DNA of 64,000 nucleotides from Stylophora pistillata (Eukaryota): NCBI RefSeq assembly GCF_002571385.2, contig NW_019217784.1, positions 1,898,863 to 1,962,862 of the forward strand, read 5' to 3'. Shown piece by piece: positions 61,416 to 64,000 of this stretch (position 1 is its first letter; each line of letters starts with the position of its first letter). The notes under the pieces were generated by a model. It saw only the letters and a program-made list of their open reading frames with translations, ran no database searches and was not told where the DNA came from. The position numbers and the translations under genes were made by a program.

Positions 61416-64000
61416 AGCGAGGGAATTAACTGCGGCATAAAATTATCACGGATTTTTATTCGATCAACATTTTACAGGCTTAACTCGCCGGTAAATCCTC
61501 CATAAGCGGATTTTTTTTCCATCAGTTTCTCAGATTATTGTTTACAGATGCGATTCAGTTTTCCTTTTTGATTGTTTTGAAAGTTCTACAGCTCTCGTAA
61601 CTCGAAAAATATTTCTTGAACTGACGTTGGCGGAAATATCGATCGGCCGTGTTTTCCTGAATAGCAGGAAATTAACGACATTTAAAACAAGATGATGAGG
61701 AATTCGATAACCCTTAAAAATGGAGTCACAGAGAGAAGATTTCTACTTTTACAATGCTTCACGAACCGCTGGGGGAATCAGGACTCCTGATGTAACGCAA
61801 TTATTGAGTTTGTCACGCATCGATGTAACTAGTATCAAATTGACAGCGGGAGTTGATCTTGTCCGGTAGGATAAGATAACAATAAAATAATCGAGAACGA
61901 AATCTCACGATTTCATCAGAGACGTTTCTATGAAAAGGAGACATTCCATGAAAACGAGACACGGACAATTCTTTTTAATCGGCCAGGCAAAACATTTTGG
62001 AAATGTTGAACATTATCCACATTCTAGTAACTAGAAATATGTATCTTTCGTCCTCCTCAAAACAATGAGCGAAATAGAAATGAAAAGTTTATGTAACTAC
62101 AAATCTAGTCTATAAAGATCACATAATAACAAGTACTTTGTGACGCAATTATTTTTTGTCACGCTTTCATAACATGCTATGGAGATGATCATCGTACGAT
62201 CTCTCACGCAAGGCGACACTTAAAAAGTGATCGGTTTTATCGCGACGACTATCTGCTTGGCTAGCAAATATCGAAATATCTTTCACATAAATATTCAAAG
62301 ATTGCCCTAATCACTTGACCTTAGAGGCGTTTTTCAGGTGTGTGTGATAAAAAGGTTTGACCGTACTACGTGCTATGAACTTCAACATAACTTAACGAAA
62401 CAGAGAGCTGAGACTTACATTTCTAAACGTAACATTACTTTAATTTATGCCTTACTTATCGTGCTATTCGAGTTCATTTAGTAGTCGAAAAGAGAACAAA
62501 ATTCGGTTCCTACCTCAGACAGCAACCTGTAACTAACCAGGACTGAGTTATGATAATAATTTGAAACGTGCTAGCCTTGTTTGAGGTGATACGAATGTGG
62601 TGCGTGGGAGGCTGAGAATTGAGATCTGACAATTAAATCATGAATCAGCCAAGAAGGATTTAGATGAGGAAAGCGTAGATTAACAGCGAAGATTTATCTC
62701 TCTGCACAAAAAACGCGAACAAAATTCCACCGTTAAACACCCGAAAAAGGAAGGGAAAATAAATCTTAGAGGTCTGGCTCACCTTGTGATACCGAAACGA
62801 ATGCTTCATCAGATCTTGATGAACATTCAATTTCCATCACAGACATCACAGATGACAGAGAGTTATTTGACTGATCGGATAAAACAGAGAACCTTTCTCA
62901 TTCAGTTGCCATCTTATTTACAAAAAAAATTAAATCTTTAAACCCTATGAGTGTCTAGCATCTAATTTCTCCTTACAATATCAGCCCTGAGTCACACATT
63001 AAGGTCACAAGAATAAAGGAAATGATCACCAACTAAAGAAGTTCTTGACTGTTAAACAAATTCTCCTTGTCAACACCTTAAGAAATGTATAGAGTACAAT
63101 ATGGAGACTATGTACATTGATGTAAGAGGGTACAGGGCTAAGAATTTTTCAATCTAAAAATAACTACTGCGGCAAATCTAAGAATCTGATCTCTTCTGCA
63201 GGAGTACTCATCGATCTGCCCTTTTTGCCGAAAAAACTTTCTCGAAAGTTCTTCTGTTGCGTAATAACAATAAGGAAAAGATGATACAGATGTAATCGTG
63301 TAACCAGGATGGGCTAACTTTGTGAGATACGTCTCTGCCAAGGCGATCAGTTATTCCAGAACTAAATAAAAGATATCAACAGAATACTGAAAAAAGTTGC
63401 CAGCACTTAACAATACCAAAAGCCTCGTCACATGACGAACGCCAGGAAATAAATATTAAATAGAAAAAGGCTTTGTACAGTTCGTAGAAAAATAATGCAT
63501 CTTCGAAAATCACTTATATCTCCATTTGCACAAAAACTGTTCACAGTTTCTCTGGTCCAAGGAGCCTGTCTGTATCAAAAGCTAACAACGTTAATCTAGC
63601 TATTTTTTTTCGTGGAACTTCGACAGCTGCCATCCATCGGGAAGCCTGTAGTCTCCAATTTCTTGAATGGTGAACCAGCACCTAAGTGTCTGGAAAAAAA
63701 AAAAAAAAAAAGAAAGAACTCGATAATCTACGCTTTGGGGTTAAACCAGGTCTCCATAAAAAAGTATCTTCATTTCCAAGATCTGATTGTTGATTCTCCC
63801 CTTTAGCTGCATCACATTTTTTTGGTAAATTAGTCGTGAGAATTTGGTGTCAGATCAAGGTAACAACTTCTACCTGATAAGTTTGAATATCCCCATTACC
63901 CGTTTGCTAGATAATGTGTGGATATTAAAGGGGGAAGTTACATGTTGATCACTTCTGGGAGTTAAAAGGGTTAGGGACCAATGAAAACTCAAAGTAACAG

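Overview
AT-rich, intron-rich eukaryotic DNA with GT-AG splicing, most consistent with a scleractinian coral or other anthozoan (242-aa cnidarian-type tropomyosins, anthozoan-style SINEs and MITEs). Left to right: the 5' C2A exons of an unc-13 gene (-), a 990-nt N gap, an RNF126/RNF115 RING ligase (+), CHAF1A (-) head-to-head with POLR2J/RPB11 (+), a divergent Boule-like RRM gene (-), and two tandem tropomyosin paralogues (-) with the same 9-exon structure. Between the tropomyosins lies a ~13 kb island with five intronless copies of one uncharacterised helical protein family. One is an intact 313-aa gene with a long Gly/Ala-rich hydrophobic hairpin (alpha-pore-forming-toxin-like architecture). 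One is an intact, divergently transcribed 206-aa homologue lacking the hydrophobic segments. Three are decaying copies with a Pro/acidic loop inserted in the hairpin. The island also holds an intact APE-RT LINE with a 2A-like motif, a SINE fold-back inversion and a Penelope fragment. This island is the best candidate for an undescribed system. Many MITEs and SINEs and a Penelope-type minimal hammerhead ribozyme are scattered through the window. Exon boundaries were read by eye and protein identities come from recalled motifs, not database searches.
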